Of a stretch of 64,000 nucleotides of DNA, positions 26,060-39,794 are shown piece after piece. The notes beneath the pieces were generated by a model. That model saw nothing but the letters and a program-made list of their open reading frames with translations. It ran no database searches and had not been told where the DNA came from. The DNA is from Octopus vulgaris (taxonomy: Eukaryota), in contig OX597816.1 in the NCBI GenBank assembly GCA_951406725.2, forward strand, positions 172,112,001-172,176,000. Reading direction: 5' to 3'. The position numbers and the translations under genes are program-made. Positions within the stretch are counted from its first letter, which is position 1. The number at the start of each line of letters is the position of its first letter.

Positions 26060-26490
26060 CTTTTCCAGTCATTAGACTGTGGCCATGCTGGAGCACTGCC
26101 TTGGAGAATTTTTTTTTAGCAAACTAAATCAACCTCGGCACTTACCTTTTTAAGCCTGATATTTATAGTCAGTCCCATTTGCCGAACTGTTAAGTTACGG
26201 GCATGTGAACACATGAGCACCAGTTGTCAAGCAGTGGTGGGGGACAAAAAGACACATGCACACACACACGCACGTATGCATATGTGTGTGTGTGTGTATA
26301 TATATATACACACACAGACACATATATATATATATATATATACGGCAAGCTTCTTTCAGTTTGCGTCTCCCAAATCTATTCACAAGGCCTTGGTTAACCC
26401 AAGGCAACAATAGAAGGTACTTACCCAAGATGCATGCAATGGGACTGAACCCAGAACCATGTGGTTGGGAAGAAAGCTTCTTACCACAGA
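26060..26490 (-). mobile_element. SINE family A (diverged)
   Basis: Collinear match. Confidence 0.82.
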
Positions 26491-27124
26491 GCAACACAAT
26501 CTATATATAAGCTATTTATAGATCATTCTGTGCATTCTAATATTTATAGTTACAGATATAATTTTGTTGTTGAATAGCTTCATTAACCTGCTTGGCTAGA
26601 CTTGCTCCTGCAAAGACCTCTGATGCTTTAATTTGTTTCAGTGGAACCTTATTAAGGGGGCCTGATGTCATATGATCTAGAACCTAAAAACATGGATAAG
26701 ATTATAAATATTGCAACTATTGGCCTTGCCTTAAGAAATAGAAAAACACGTATACTTGTGTCAACATCACATTTTGATATCCAGTTGTTTTATTTGTTGG
26801 TAATAGTTGCTAGACTGGAGTAGAACAAGAAACTTTTATTTCATTCTTACAGTCTGCTTTCTAGCAGGAGAGCAAGCAAATAGGTGTCTGGCACATTTAC
26901 AAAAGGAGGTTAATAGCAAAATAATTATAATCTTATTAACAACAATCTCAAACATCCAGAGAATTAAAAGATGGCAGTTAATAATATTGAAGATTGCAGA
27001 AAGCTGGTTGATGAGATATAAAAATTGAATAGAATCTTCCTCAAAGACTCAATATAAACATTAATGATTCAATGTAGAGGAACTTGCTATGTTATCATTT
27101 TAGGCCACCATACCTTTTCTAAGC

Positions 27125-27535
27125 ATAATAATAATAATAATGAAATTATTGTATACAGTGCTCAGGTGCACCACAACTTGTCAGACAGTCCGTATAAAAT
27201 ATATGCAGTTATGTACAAATGTCTGGAAAGCGAATAATGTACGAGTCAGATACATGTTTGTGTGTGTATGGAGGGGAGAAAATCAGGTGTAGTGTTGGCG
27301 AATCTCAGGAAGCATGGAAGTTTTGAAGGATGCAGTGCTCTGACAACTAACAACTGATGCCAGCAGTTCGTTCCATGCTTCAGCAACTCTCAGCGTGAAA
27401 AAATGTTTCCTAAAGTCATGGGAGCTGTGCTATTTTCTGACTTTGTAAATATGTCCATGGGTGTTAGATGGGTGGAGTTTGAAGAGGTCCTCAGAGTTAT
27501 TGTTTGTAAGATGGTTAATAATTTTATGGGTGTCT
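27125..27535 (-). mobile_element. CR1-type LINE 3' end
   Basis: SNTHGH..K...RKHFFTLRVAEAWN.L motif with an (ATT)n tail. Confidence 0.75.
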
Positions 27536-28039
27536 AATATATCTAATACTACATTATACATGTCCTTCCATTTTTAAGGTGGTAGAGAGCCAGCTAATGG
27601 AGATCTGGTTGCTATTTCCCATTAAGTAACAGGATACAGGCTTCCTTCTGATAGGAGAGCAAATAATAATTGGACACTTCTGTGATGCAAAACCAAATTA
27701 GATAGAAACTTAACCATTTTCATACAACTGGCTTGAAATCACCCAAATCCAATCATATGAAACAATTCTTCAGAATTGTTATGCAGTACTCCATATTAAG
27801 GGAAAATGAAAGTGAATACTAGCAGATCCAGCATTGTGTATGGAATAAAGGTACATTCTGGTAAGAGCAAAAATACAAAGGTAGGAGATCTGTATTGGAT
27901 ATATATCGTTCAGTATACTGAAGGTTATTCATTCTCACAATAAGGAGTACTGCATAATAATTTTCTCCCCTCCTCACCTTGCTGTACCACTTAACCACTC
28001 TTTCTGATCATGGATTTACCTAAAAAATATCCAATCCGT

Positions 28040-28206
28040 AGGCGCAAGAGTGGCTGTGTGGTAAGTAGCTTGTTTACCAACCACGTGGTTCCGGGTTCAG
28101 TCCCATTGCATGGCATCTTGGGCAAGTGTCTTCTGCTATAACCCCGGGCCGACCAAAGCCTTGTGAGTGGATTTGGTAGACGGAAAACTGAAAGAAGCCT
28201 GTCGTA

Positions 28207-28261
<55 letters not shown>

Positions 28262-28457
28262 TTGTGTGTCTGTGTTTGTCCCCCTAGCATTGCTTGACAA
28301 CCGATGCTGGTGTGTTTACGTCCCCGTCACTTAGCGGTTCGGCAAAAGAGACCGATAGAATAAGTACTGGGCTTACAAAGAATAAATCCCAGGGGTCGAT
28401 TTGCTCAACTAAAGGCGGTGCTCCAGCATGGCCGCAGTCAAATGACTGAAACAAGTT
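28040..28457 (+). mobile_element. SINE family A
   Basis: Collinear match, plus orientation. Confidence 0.9.
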
Positions 28458-28923
28458 AAAAAAAAAAAAATCCAACTGGATTTAATTAGAACCTCCCACC
28501 CTCCTGGGTATAATGAACCACAAATATCACTGATGAGGAACATTCTTCCATAGTCTGACCTATATATCTCCAATGATGGAAATCTTACATACAGAGTCTT
28601 CACTCGATACAATGCTCAATAGCTGAGATATCCCAGAAACAGCTGTTGGAGACTATTTCCACTATCTTTTACCACTTATTATATAGCTAAATTTAGACTG
28701 AAATAAATGCCCTTGTTATGCCTTACCTAAATGTTTGCTTTTCCTCACTACTTTAACCTATGCCTACTGAATCAAGGGGAAGCCACTTTTAGCCAGTTTG
28801 AACTAAACCATCACATAACCATAACTTCAACTACTGTTCAAACTAGAATTTTGGCAGCATACCTATTCAGGCACTCAGAATACATACCTTTTAGTCTGAG
28901 TCATCCTGACATAAACTCCTTGT

Positions 28924-29026
<103 letters not shown>

Positions 29027-29057
29027 ATCAAAATAAAAACATGATGCCAAGGATTCA

Positions 29058-29135
29058 GCGGTACATATGTTTCGGGCCTTTATTAGACAGATTTATAACA
29101 ATGCATAATGTATGTCTGTGGCCTTCTTCAGCCGC
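29058..29135 (-). ncRNA. Minimal type I hammerhead ribozyme motif, Penelope/retrozyme-type
   Basis: GCGG-CTGAAGA-AGGCC(...)GGCCC-GAAAC-ATAT-GTA^-CCGC; palindromic stem III ACATATGT. Confidence 0.65.
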
Positions 29136-29239
29136 GCACAACAGCTTCCACAAGGACATGTGTTACATCAAAAATTCTTCCCACCCTTCCAATTTTCAGC
29201 TCCCCCCGCCCGCCCCTACGTGGGCACCTTTAGCACACA

Positions 29240-30840
29240 CCTTTAACTTTACACTTTCAACCACCTTTTATCTTTTCCTTCATCTCATGTTAAGCTTTAC
29301 CAGATTATATTTTTATTTTACTTTATCCTATTCTATTTCGCTTTACCTTTATTCTTATTTTTATTTTCATTCCTTATTTTAATTCTTATAGTTCTTATAA
29401 TTTTTATATTTTATTTCTAACTTTTTTATATTGTATTTCTTATTTTATATTGTATTTCTTACTTTTATTTCTAATTTTTATTCTTACCCTCATTCTTACC
29501 CCTAACTTATCGCTTTATATCTCTATATATGTCTATTTTTTTGCTTATCCCTTATTTACTTATCTATGGATCCGCTTTATGATTATACGTGCGTCCGTGT
29601 ACGTATGTATACGTATACATATGTGTACATATGTACGAGTAAACATCTACGTCTGGATGTGCATACCCCGTTACTCATCTCTAATAATTTTCTTTAATAA
29701 TTTTTTAAAAATTTCTTACGTATTTCTTTACATTTTTTTACATGTTTTCGCAGATTTCTTATATGCATATGTTTACACATATTTGTATACATCTTTTAAT
29801 ATCTTATAGCTATACCTATACGCGCGTATGTCTCTGTGTGTGTATGTAAGTGTATATGTGCACGCACATATGGACACACAGCCGTGTGTGCGTGCACGTG
29901 TAGACGTGAGTGCGTGATTCTTTACATACGTTCTTATATACATCCTTTAATATCTTATATCTAAACCTGGATGTGTGGGCATCTGTGTATGTGTATGTAA
30001 GGATGGACGTACGTATGTATATATGGGTGTGTGTATATGCGTATGTATGTATAGGTATACATGTGCATATATGTATGCATGTGTGTATGTGTATATGTAT
30101 ATGTGTATGTGCGTGTGTGTGTGTATATGTATTTATATATATATATGTACACGTATAATGTCCGTGTATATATGCGCATATTCTGTTGTATGTATGTATA
30201 TATGCGCATGTGTGTGGGTGTATATGTGTTTATGTACATGTTTACACGTGAGTACGTATGTATGCTTATATGCTTGGAGCTGTGTATGCGCGCGTGTATA
30301 TGGGTGTATGTATCCATGCTGGTATGTATGTACAAGATGACCACTTAATTCAAGGAACTAGATTAACTGCTCAACAGCTCTGATTTACAATACACTAGGT
30401 CCCCAGACGCCCCTGTTGATTTATTGACACCCAAAGCTTCTACAACTAATTTTTGTCATTTTCCTGACCACCATGTTTGGTCCGTAACCTCTATACATCC
30501 CTTATCTTTATATTTTTTTACATTTTTATCATTTTTATTCCTATTTTTATTTTTTTACTTTTATTTCTATTTCTATTTTTACTTTATAACCTTATGCCTT
30601 TATATTCATTTATATTTTTTTATATTCTTTATATCCCCTTTATATCTCCTTATATCTCTTTATATCTTTATACTCTACATTTTTATATTTTTCTATACTT
30701 ACACTTTTTATATATTTTTTATCCTTCGTCCTGAATTCTCGCCCCTCCATCTTTACCCCTATTTACTCTTATTACCAGGTTCCTTCACGTCTATATATGT
30801 ATTTATTTATTAATTTATTTACATTACTTCAACATCCAAA
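29240..30840. repeat. Low-complexity T-rich and degenerate (TG/TA)n tract with internal duplications
   Basis: Strong strand skew; alternating purine-pyrimidine run at ~29980-30330. Confidence 0.8.
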
Positions 30841-31084
30841 TTTCCTCATTCTACATTGAGAGAAGAAAGAGAAGTAACAGGTTTTGTTGAATTTTCTGCT
30901 GCTTTAAATATTTGAGTACTCTTTTTTCCACCTTGTTTCACATTTATGTGTTTACTCTGGAATATATATATATATATATACAGGGAGAATTCACAAAAAA
31001 ACAAAAGACGAAGACATGTGGTGTAGGCAACAAACAGATGTATTAGTTTAAGACTTGGGAAATGAAAAAGTCTTAATTGATTAA

Positions 31085-32012
31085 AAAGGAGGCCCATGAC
31101 TGCTGAGGACATGTGCAAGCTTGCAAGGAATAAAGCTAGTATTCTCCGGTGGATATGTAATGTCAGTGTGCATACATAACAGAGTGTAAGCGGCCCTGAG
31201 AGAAAAATTGGACATAAAAAGCATCAAGTGTAGTGTGCAAGAGAGACGACTGCACTGGTATGGTCATGTGTTGTGTATGGATGAAGACAGCTGTGTGAAA
31301 AAGTGTCACACCCTAGCAGTAGATGGAACCTGTGGAAGATGTAGACCCAGAAAGACTTGGGATGAGATGGTGAAGTACGACCTTAAAATGTTGGGCCATG
31401 CTGAAGCGATGACAATTGACCGAGACCCTTGGAGATAGGCTGTGCATGAGAAGACCCGGCAAGCCAAGTAAGACCATAATCATGGCCTATGCCAGTGCAG
31501 CATAACCAGCCCATTTAAGAGTACCCTTAAATCACTGTGCAATAAACTGTGCTTGCAAAGACCTGTTGAGGCAAGTGAAGTTGTTGTCGTGGCCGATGAC
31601 AGTGCTCCCTGATTGGCACCCGTGCTGGTAACACATAAAAAGCACCATTCGAGCGTGGTTGACACCAGTGCTGCCTGACTAGTTTCATGCCAGTGGCCGT
31701 AAAAAACACCATTCAAGTGCAGTCGTTGCCAGTGCCACCGGATTGGCTCCTGTGCCAGTGGCACGTAAAAAGTGCCATTCAAGCATGGCTGATACCATAC
31801 TGCCTAGCTGGCCCTCATGCCGGTGGCAAGTAAAAAGTACCCACTACACTCTTGGAGTAGTTGGTGTTAGGAAGGACATCCAGCTGTAGAAACATTGCCA
31901 GATCGGACTGGATCCTGCTGCAGCCTTCTGGCTTGCCAGCCCTCAGTCAAACCATCCAATCCATGGCAGCATGGAAAGCAGATATTAAACGACAACAACG
32001 ATGATGATGATG
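31085..32012 (+). mobile_element. RTE LINE 3' end with a ~60-bp minisatellite 3' UTR and (GAT)n tail
   Basis: ERRLHWYGHV...RPRKTWDE ORF end, followed by repeated gtgcc(r)gtggcacgtaaaaagcacc units. Confidence 0.85.
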
Positions 32013-32480
32013 TTGTCAAATATGAAATTTGTAGAAAAAAAAAAGTTTGCTAATGTTTTATAAATACAAGGAATAATTTTATTCCTCAAACCAGGCACCC
32101 ATATTGTCAATAAACTTTTGCCATTTCAGCAGTAGCTTGGCCAGCCTGGAACTGTAAAAGCCTGGCAATCTAGAGTCACTAAAATCTTGGAAGGCCTGTT
32201 TTAGAGCAACGTCGGAATTAAATTTTTTTCCTATCAAAAGTTATCCAAATTCTGGAAGAGGTGGTAGTCAGTGGGGGTAAGATCAGGTGAATATGGTGGA
32301 TGATGGGGAACTTCCAACTCCAACTCCTGTAGTTTCACCAATGTCATTTTTGTGATGTGGGGTCTGGCGTTGTCTTGCAATAAAATGGAGGTGGATCTGT
32401 TGACTAATCTAGGCTGTTTTTTGATAAATTTTTGCATCATTTGGTCCAGTTGGCTACAGTATACGTTTGTCATGATTGAT
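32010..32480 (-). mobile_element. 3' fragment of the same mariner family
   Basis: LLQDNARPH and HPPYSPDLTPTDYHLF; collinear with 2215-2690. Confidence 0.88.
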
Positions 32481-33791
32481 GAATGAATAAATCCTGGGGT
32501 TGATTTGTTTAAGCCCTTTAAAGTACCCCAGTTTGGCCACATCAAAGAGATCTTGACAATTAACTTTTTAACACCTCCACATATATCAGGCTAACAGGTT
32601 ACTCGGAAGGAATACGTAAAAAGCACCCACTACACTCACGGAGTGGTTGGCGTTAGGAAGGGCATCCAGCTGTAGAAACATTGCCAGATCAGATTGGGCC
32701 TGGTGCAGCCTTCTGGCTTCCCAGACCCCAGTTGACCGTCCAACCCATGCCAGCATGGAAAGCGGACGTTAAATGATGATGATGATGATGATGATGGATA
32801 CATGAATATTCCCAATCAGTCAACTAGTCCTTGTAAAGTTTAACACCTGTATAATGATCTGAGGCATCCTGTAAACCCGTTTATGTATCACTGAGATAAT
32901 TGCAATGCATCCTGTGGTGTTCTACAGAAACTAGAACATATGAAGCAAAATATCGCTATGTGCATCTCAACAGCATGATCATGTGTTAGTCATCATCATC
33001 ATCATTTTACATGTGCTGGACAGTTTGACAGGAGCTGGCAAGGCAGAAGACTGCAAGTTCTACTGTCTGCTTTGGTATGGTTTCTACAACTGAAACAGAC
33101 AGAACAACTTTGTGCAGTCTTCAGACCTGCCATCTCTTGTCCAACCATCCAACCCATGCCAGCATGAAAATACGGATGATAAATGATGACTAAGTGATCA
33201 TGCTATTGAAATGCACATAATGATGTTTTGATCTGTCTGTCTGTTTTTTTTTTGTTTCTTTAGTTCATGATACTCTATGTAATATGATGTAGTTTGTTGT
33301 TGTGTAATAATTACATGATATCACATCATTGCATAACTGCACCATTTCATCAGGTGAGATCTGGCTGTCATTGGGACATAAACAAATAGACTAACATTGA
33401 TTGTCAAGTGGTGTGGGGATAAATACACATACACACAACAGGCTTCCACACAGTTCCTATCAATCAAATTCACTTATGGAGCTATAATAGAAGACACTTG
33501 CCCAAGGTGCTAAGCAGTGAGACTGAACCTGAAACCATATGGTTGCAAAGCAAAATACACATACATCCATAATAATACATGTATGCAAAAAGACCTGCCT
33601 GCTACAGCAGAATTGAGACTAGAGCAGGTGCCACGTTAAAAGCACCCAGTACATTCTGTGGAGTGGTTGGCATTAGGAAGGGCATCTAACCATAGAAACC
33701 ATGCCAGAACAGTGGGGCCTAGTGCAGGCCCTGGCCTTGCCAGCTCTGGTCAAACTGTCCTACCCATGGCAGCATGTAAAACAGATGCTAA

Positions 33792-33824
<33 letters not shown>

Positions 33825-33985
33825 CAGGCATGTATGTATTGTTATATCTTAAGCTAAAAACACTTTAAAAGTTACTCAAAACCTCAAGTTTCACTTTGTG
33901 TGTAACTTGTCAAACTCTTTAGGCAAACATTTATTGACACATGTAAATCTTGAATATGGGAGTTACATAGGCATGTGCACATATA

Positions 33986-34679
33986 TGTTTCAGTCATTTG
34001 ACTACGGCCATGCTGGAGCACCACCTTGACCCCAGGACATATTTATTTTTTAAAGCCAAGTACTTATTCTATCAGTCACTTTTGTTGAACCACTAAGTTA
34101 TAGGAATATAAACACACCAATACCAGTTGACAAGCAGTGATGTAGGGACAAACATATACAAACACATACAACTATATATACAACAGGCTTCTTTCAGTTT
34201 CCATCCACAAAATCAACTCACAAGGCTTTGGTCGGTTCAAGGCTATAGTAGAAGATATTTGCTCAAGGTGCCATAGTGTGGGACTGAACCTGGAATCATA
34301 TGGTTGGGAAGCAAGCTTCTTACCACACAGCTATGCCTGCATATCTTTTCTAAATATTCTGTTGTATTGCTGAACTAATTTGGAAGTAGTGGGTTAGATT
34401 CATGTTATGTGTCTGTATGTGTGCACACACACACTTGTTGCAAGGTTGAAAGGGACTTACTCTTTACTCTTTTACTTGTTTCAGTCATTTGACTGTGGCC
34501 ATGCTGGAGCACTGCTTTTAGTGGAGCAAATAGCAAATCGACCCCAGGACATATTCTTTGTAAGTCTAGTACTTATTCTATCGGTCTCTTTTGCCAAACT
34601 GCTAAGTTATGGGGACGTAAATACACCAGCATCGGTTGTCAAGCCATGTTGGGGGACAAACACAAACATATACACACAC

Positions 34680-34734
<55 letters not shown>

Positions 34735-34893
34735 TACGTTGGGCTTCTTTCAGTTTCCGTCTACCAAATCTACTCACAAGGCTTTGGTCAGCCTGAGGCT
34801 ATAGTAGAAGGCACTTGCCCAAGGTTCCATGCAGTGGGAACCCGGAACCATGTGGTTAGTCAGCAAGCTACTTACCACATAGACACTCCTGTG
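33986..34893 (-). mobile_element. Two adjacent SINE family A copies (33986-34340, 34457-34893)
   Basis: Collinear matches. Confidence 0.85.
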
Positions 34894-35022
34894 CATACAT
34901 ATATAAGCATACCAGCAGAGAAAGAGTGGTAGCAGAGAGAGAGAGAGAGAGAGAGGGGGGATAAGGTGAGAGAAATGACAAAAGATAGATAATATGAGAA
35001 TAAGAGAGAGAGAGAGAGAGAG

Positions 35023-35059
<37 letters not shown>

Positions 35060-35406
35060 TGAGACAGATGAAAGGCTACTAGGAATGTGTGTGTGTGTGT
35101 GTCTTTTGGGAAGGTAGTGAGATTGTGTCTATAGCTAAGTAAGTAGTAAAAAGAAAGCTAAAATGTCAGGGAGAGGTCAACAAACCTGTTTTATAACTTG
35201 AAAATACAATAAGAAATCAACAACAAATATATATGTATGTATACAAACACCTGTATTCAATGGAACAATTAACCTCCTTCAAGTTAAGCTGATGCCAATC
35301 TAGCACACCAACATATACTACTATGTACCTAAACCATTGGATTATCTGTGTAGTCAAGTCAATACAAAGAATATACTGAACAATTAAAGGAGCCTCCATA
35401 GCAGAG

Positions 35407-36021
35407 CAGTGGTTCTGGGGGTTGGAGTGCAAATAGGATCCTGTAGCTAAAATTTATGAGCTAAAGTTCTACAATACACAAAATATTTCAACAATTTTTT
35501 TGTATATGTAATTGCTCGCGTTTGTAAGGGAAATAACTATATAAGCATTTTTAGAGAGTTATAGCCAAAATATAGCAAAAAATGCATTAAAAATGGAAAA
35601 AAAATTATGGTAAATTTTTTTTTAAATCGTTAACTCACCGTAGACATTTTTAGAGAGTTACTTCCCTTATATAATAGCGAAAAAAATGCATTAAAATGGA
35701 AAAAAATGATGGTAAATGTTTTTAAAAATCGTAGACTCATTGTAGACGCGCGCTAATACCCAGAAGGGCTCGATATGAATCACGACTATAAGATACCCGC
35801 TTTTGGTTAAACTGCACCGCAAAATGTGGGAGTAGTTAGGAATCTAAATCGTAGGAGACAGACAGCACACAACCTCACTTTTATATATAAAGATTTCTAG
35901 TAATATTTAATTATAAAAATATAACGGAATTTTTTAAACATCAAATGGTTATGATGGTATATCCAAGCAAAACAAGAACAGAGGGGGTCCATGGGAAAAA
36001 AACAATTGTTGAGAACCGCTG
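35407..36021. mobile_element. hAT-like MITE interrupted by a Helitron
   Basis: cagtggttct...agaaccgctg terminal inverted repeat. Confidence 0.5.
35512..35893 (-). mobile_element. Helitron, same family, 3'-truncated, nested in a hAT-like MITE
   Basis: Near-identical blocks to 11480-11856; internal duplication. Confidence 0.8.
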
Positions 36022-36256
36022 ATCTACAGGATGGTCATTCAACATGCTAGAAACAGTAACCAATTATGCATCAAATTAGATATTTAGTCTTACAAATACA
36101 ATGTTTGAATAGATGGCATCATAACTAGAATACCTTTGATCAGACTTAATTTGGGACTCAACAACAACAAACACACCTGCATGACAAATAATTATCAGTC
36201 TTTATTGAAGTCCATCTACTCTAATATTTAAATATGAGATATGTAATGCTCATATA

Positions 36257-36831
36257 CAGGGGTTGGACAAAATAATGGAAACACCTAGCATCATAATTTT
36301 GAAATATCTATAAAACCATCAAAAGCTTGTTTATTTTTATGCTTTTTTTATATATTATTACTGTTGCTTAAAATGTTTTGTTAAAATTGCTGTTTCTTTT
36401 CAGATATCATCCAAAAAAGGTAATTGAAATTCATTAAAATGACAGATCTCTCGGACTTTCAAAGGAGTCAAATTGTTGATGCTCGTATTGCAGGTGCTAA
36501 CATAACGAAAGCAGCTGAAATGTTTGGTGCATCAAGAAGTACTGTCTTGAAAGTAATGACAGCCTTTGAGAAAGAGGGGGAAAAAAACCTCCTCGTCGAA
36601 ACAAAATTCCAGAAGAAAACCAAAACTTTCAGATAGGGACTGTTGGACTCTTGCCCGAATTGTTAGAAAGGATCACAAAAATACAGCTCCCAAAATTACT
36701 GCAGAGCTTAATGACCACCTCGAGAACCCAGTTTCCACAAAAACTGTTCGCTGGGAGCTGTACAAAGCTGGATTTCATGGGAGATCTGCAATCAGAAAAC
36801 CACTACTTTCAAATACAAACGTTGCAAAGCA
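36257..36831 (+). mobile_element. Tc1-like transposon 5' half, truncated at a SINE
   Basis: TA plus CAGGGG terminus; paired-like HTH MTDLSDFQRSQIV...SRSTV and GRSAIRKPLLS; frameshifted. Confidence 0.85.
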
Positions 36832-37172
36832 TTTAGTCGAGCAACTCGACCCCAGGACTTATTCTTTGTAAGCCCAGTACTTATTCTATGGGTCTCTTTT
36901 GCCAAACCGCTAAGTGACAGAGACACAAATACACCAGCATCGGTTGTCAAGCAATGCTAGGGGGTCAAACACAGACACACAAACATACATGCACATACAT
37001 ATATATACATATATACGACGGGCTTCTTTCAGTTTCCGTCTACCAAATCCACTCACAAGGCTTTGGTTGGCCCGAGGCTATAGTAGAAGACATTTGCCCA
37101 AGGTGCCATGCAGTGGGACTGAACCCCGAACCATGTGGTTGGTAAGCAAGCTACTTACAAACAGCCACTCCT
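36832..37172 (-). mobile_element. SINE family A (tail-truncated)
   Basis: Collinear match; abuts the Tc1 fragment. Confidence 0.88.
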
Positions 37173-37385
37173 GTTACTATATTTCAGTTGAAATACATTG
37201 CCTTCGCTTCAGTTAAGTTTGAAAATAATGGAAAATTTAGTTGCTACTAAGCTGGCGTTTGGAATACTAAGATGAAATTTTGATGGAAGGTTTCAACACA
37301 GGTGACTTTATAAAAGAAAGCTTGTACCATAGAACTGAGAATGGTCTCTCAAGAGGGTTAAACAAATTTCAGGTATAATATAATT

Positions 37386-37610
37386 AAGGCGGCGAGCTGG
37401 CAGAAGCGTTAGCACGTCGGGTGAAATGCTTAGCGGTATTTCGCCTGCCGCTACATCCTGAGTTCAAATTCCGCCGATGTCGACTTTGCCTTTCATCCTT
37501 TCGGGGTCGATTAAATAAGTACCAGTTACGCACTGGGGTCGATATAATCAACTTAATCCGTTTGTCTGTCCTCTCTGTGTTTAGCCCCTTGTGGGTAGTA
37601 AAGAAATAGG
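37386..37610 (+). mobile_element. SINE family B
   Basis: Reverse complement of 5108-5329; TSD aggtataatata. Confidence 0.85.
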
Positions 37611-37914
37611 TATAATATACTCATTATATATTATCTGAAATAGATGTACACATTTTAAAAACATTTTCTTACAAATAGAAAGTTGTAAGGATTTTACAAA
37701 TACCAACTGAGATAATTTATACATATAATATTGATTGGTTTTTTTTTAGAAGAGAGAGTCTTCACATTGATACTTGTGTAATTCTACAAAAGGGACCAAT
37801 GATTTCAACTGGGAATGAACAAACTGGGATATAGTTCTAGTATTGTGCTAAGGAGCTATAGAGGATCCATAAAGTAACTGCTCTACTCAAAATATCATGA
37901 ATAAAATTTTTTAC

Positions 37915-38003
37915 CTGACTCGAAGTATACATGATGAACTGCCAACTTTCAATGAAACTCTATTTTCTTCTGTAGTGGACCCTTCATATAATGCCTGTGT
38001 TGT
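37915..38003 (-). CDS. ATG2: ATG2 coding exon: TTQALYEGSTTEENRVSLKVGSSSCILRV(R)
   Basis: atttcag acceptor, gtaa donor; phase 0/2 joins the flanking exons in frame, giving ...LRV-R-FPIPD. Confidence 0.85.
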
Positions 38004-38599
38004 CTGAAATAATGAAATATCCAACACAAACATTATATATATATATATATATCATATTATATTAGAGATAAACCACTATTAGGCAAATCAAACAGTGAAA
38101 AACATAAGCCAATACATAAAATTAATTTAAAATATAAAAGTTAAAAATAAAAAATTATTTAAATAATTTGAACTTATAAATTTAATATATATATATACAA
38201 ATATTAAATTTAAGTTTATTCGTAAGATACTACTTAGCGATAGATTTATGTTTGATAGCAAATATACGAGGTGTCTAAAGTTAGGCTTTTGTATATACAT
38301 GTATTAATAGTATTAATTGTAGTTTTAAATTTCTTATAATTAAAATTAGATAAACTTTGATAAACTTAGATATGTTTTGACTAAAGATTGGTCCAGGCCA
38401 TGTCTAACTTAATATATATATAGGCACATTTGTTGTTGAAAATGCACCTAGATTTGAAAAACTTGTAATTGTTTTTAAATAAATTTATTTACATATACAC
38501 CAAACTAGTTTCAACAATATTTTTGTTAATCAATGGTAACACTGTAAAGGCTGTAAGATATGACGGCTGCAATAGAGACTATAAATCCATGGCCATCAC

Positions 38600-38860
38600 C
38601 CATCATCATCATTGTTCGACCGTGGTCGAGACAATGGAATTTACCATGCTACGCCAGACTTCACGGTCCATCATGGCATTACGGAGGTCCTGTTACTGGA
38701 TGCCTGTATCCCTGGAGATTACATCAGGGTAGGAGAGTGTGCGCCTTCTGGTATTGCGAGTAGATGGCTTCCAGAGGAGAAGAGTAGAAATTACCTCTTT
38801 TTCAGCTCTACAACAATGTTCAGCAAACTGGACTCTCCTACCTTTCACAAGAGATGGCCA
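38600..38860 (-). mobile_element. RTE-type LINE 3' end (different family)
   Basis: FAEHCCRAEKEVISTLLLW...AMMDREVWR followed by a (GAT)n tail. Confidence 0.7.
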
Positions 38861-38999
38861 GCAGGAAGGGACACAACAGGGATTCTATTCACAAGCTGGA
38901 ATTCATCCAACAACTGCAGGACAAGGTGATGGTAGATTCAAGAAAAGGGATCTAGGCTTTGGTGAGAGAGACGGTTGTTGGAGTCACTACCATGAAGCT

Positions 39000-39302
39000 G
39001 GCCCTGAACGAGCACCTTTGCTACCACTCATACAAGAGATAAATTCTGTCAGTCAAAGACAAGGAGAACTGCTTGACAATGGCAAAGAAGCTCATGAACA
39101 AGCTGACACATCCTGTTGAGCCAGGGATGATTTGGTTCTTCTCAGATGAAAAGAATTTCTACCAGAGCCAGTTGCACTCAGAACAACAGCTGGCTTGCTT
39201 ACAATCCATGTGATATCTCATATATCATGAAAACCAAGTTCCCCAAAACTATGATGACCTTTGGGTGTGTCTCCAGTGAAGTTGACATCATGCCACCCCG
39301 CA
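39000..39302 (+). mobile_element. Tc1/mariner-superfamily (maT/DD37D-like) transposase fragment
   Basis: PGMIWFFSDEKNF, QNNSWLAYNP and MKTKFP..M.FGCVSSE.DIMPP motifs. Confidence 0.7.
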
Positions 39303-39794
39303 TCCTAGACTCAATTCAGAAAGACTTCCGCCCATCCCCACCCATTTTCTCGCAAATTTTTTTTTTTTTTTTTTTTGCCAAAAACCCCGTTTTTGGATAC
39401 GGAGGTTCTGGAAAATTGCCAAAAATCGACAGTTAAATTCCACCCCCGCTTTCCTGACTAATTCTTCAATTTTGACTTTTTTCCCGAACATTAACCCTAA
39501 CCGTAACTACAGAAATGTTTTGAAATTTTTGTCCAAATCATAATGTCTGTATTTTTCCACATTTTTAGAAAAAAAAGAAATGTCAAACCATCCAACCCAT
39601 GCCAGCAAAGAAGATGGACGTTAAATGATGATGACAATGACAACGATGGAAACAAAAAATCATAAACAGTGACAGGAAAGTATAAGACAGTTGATTGTCT
39701 TTCAGCCACAGAATGTTTCAAAGCAGATACAAAATTAAGTGACATCCTTGGAAGCAGTAAAATTACTTTTAGCCACTGCTAAAAGTAAACAAGT

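Noticed and set aside
28531-28556. CTGATGA-GGAA(cattc)TTCC hammerhead-like start
   Set aside because: No GAAA box or stems I/III follow
31600-31840. CRISPR-like array of palindromic repeats with intervening sequence (also 10255-10455 and 55945-56210)
   Set aside because: The 'spacers' are homologous to each other, there are no cas genes, and the array sits in the 3' UTR of a eukaryotic RTE LINE
39490-39508. Telomere-like TAACCC repeats
   Set aside because: Only 2-3 degenerate units at the edge of a probable repeat; not an interstitial telomere
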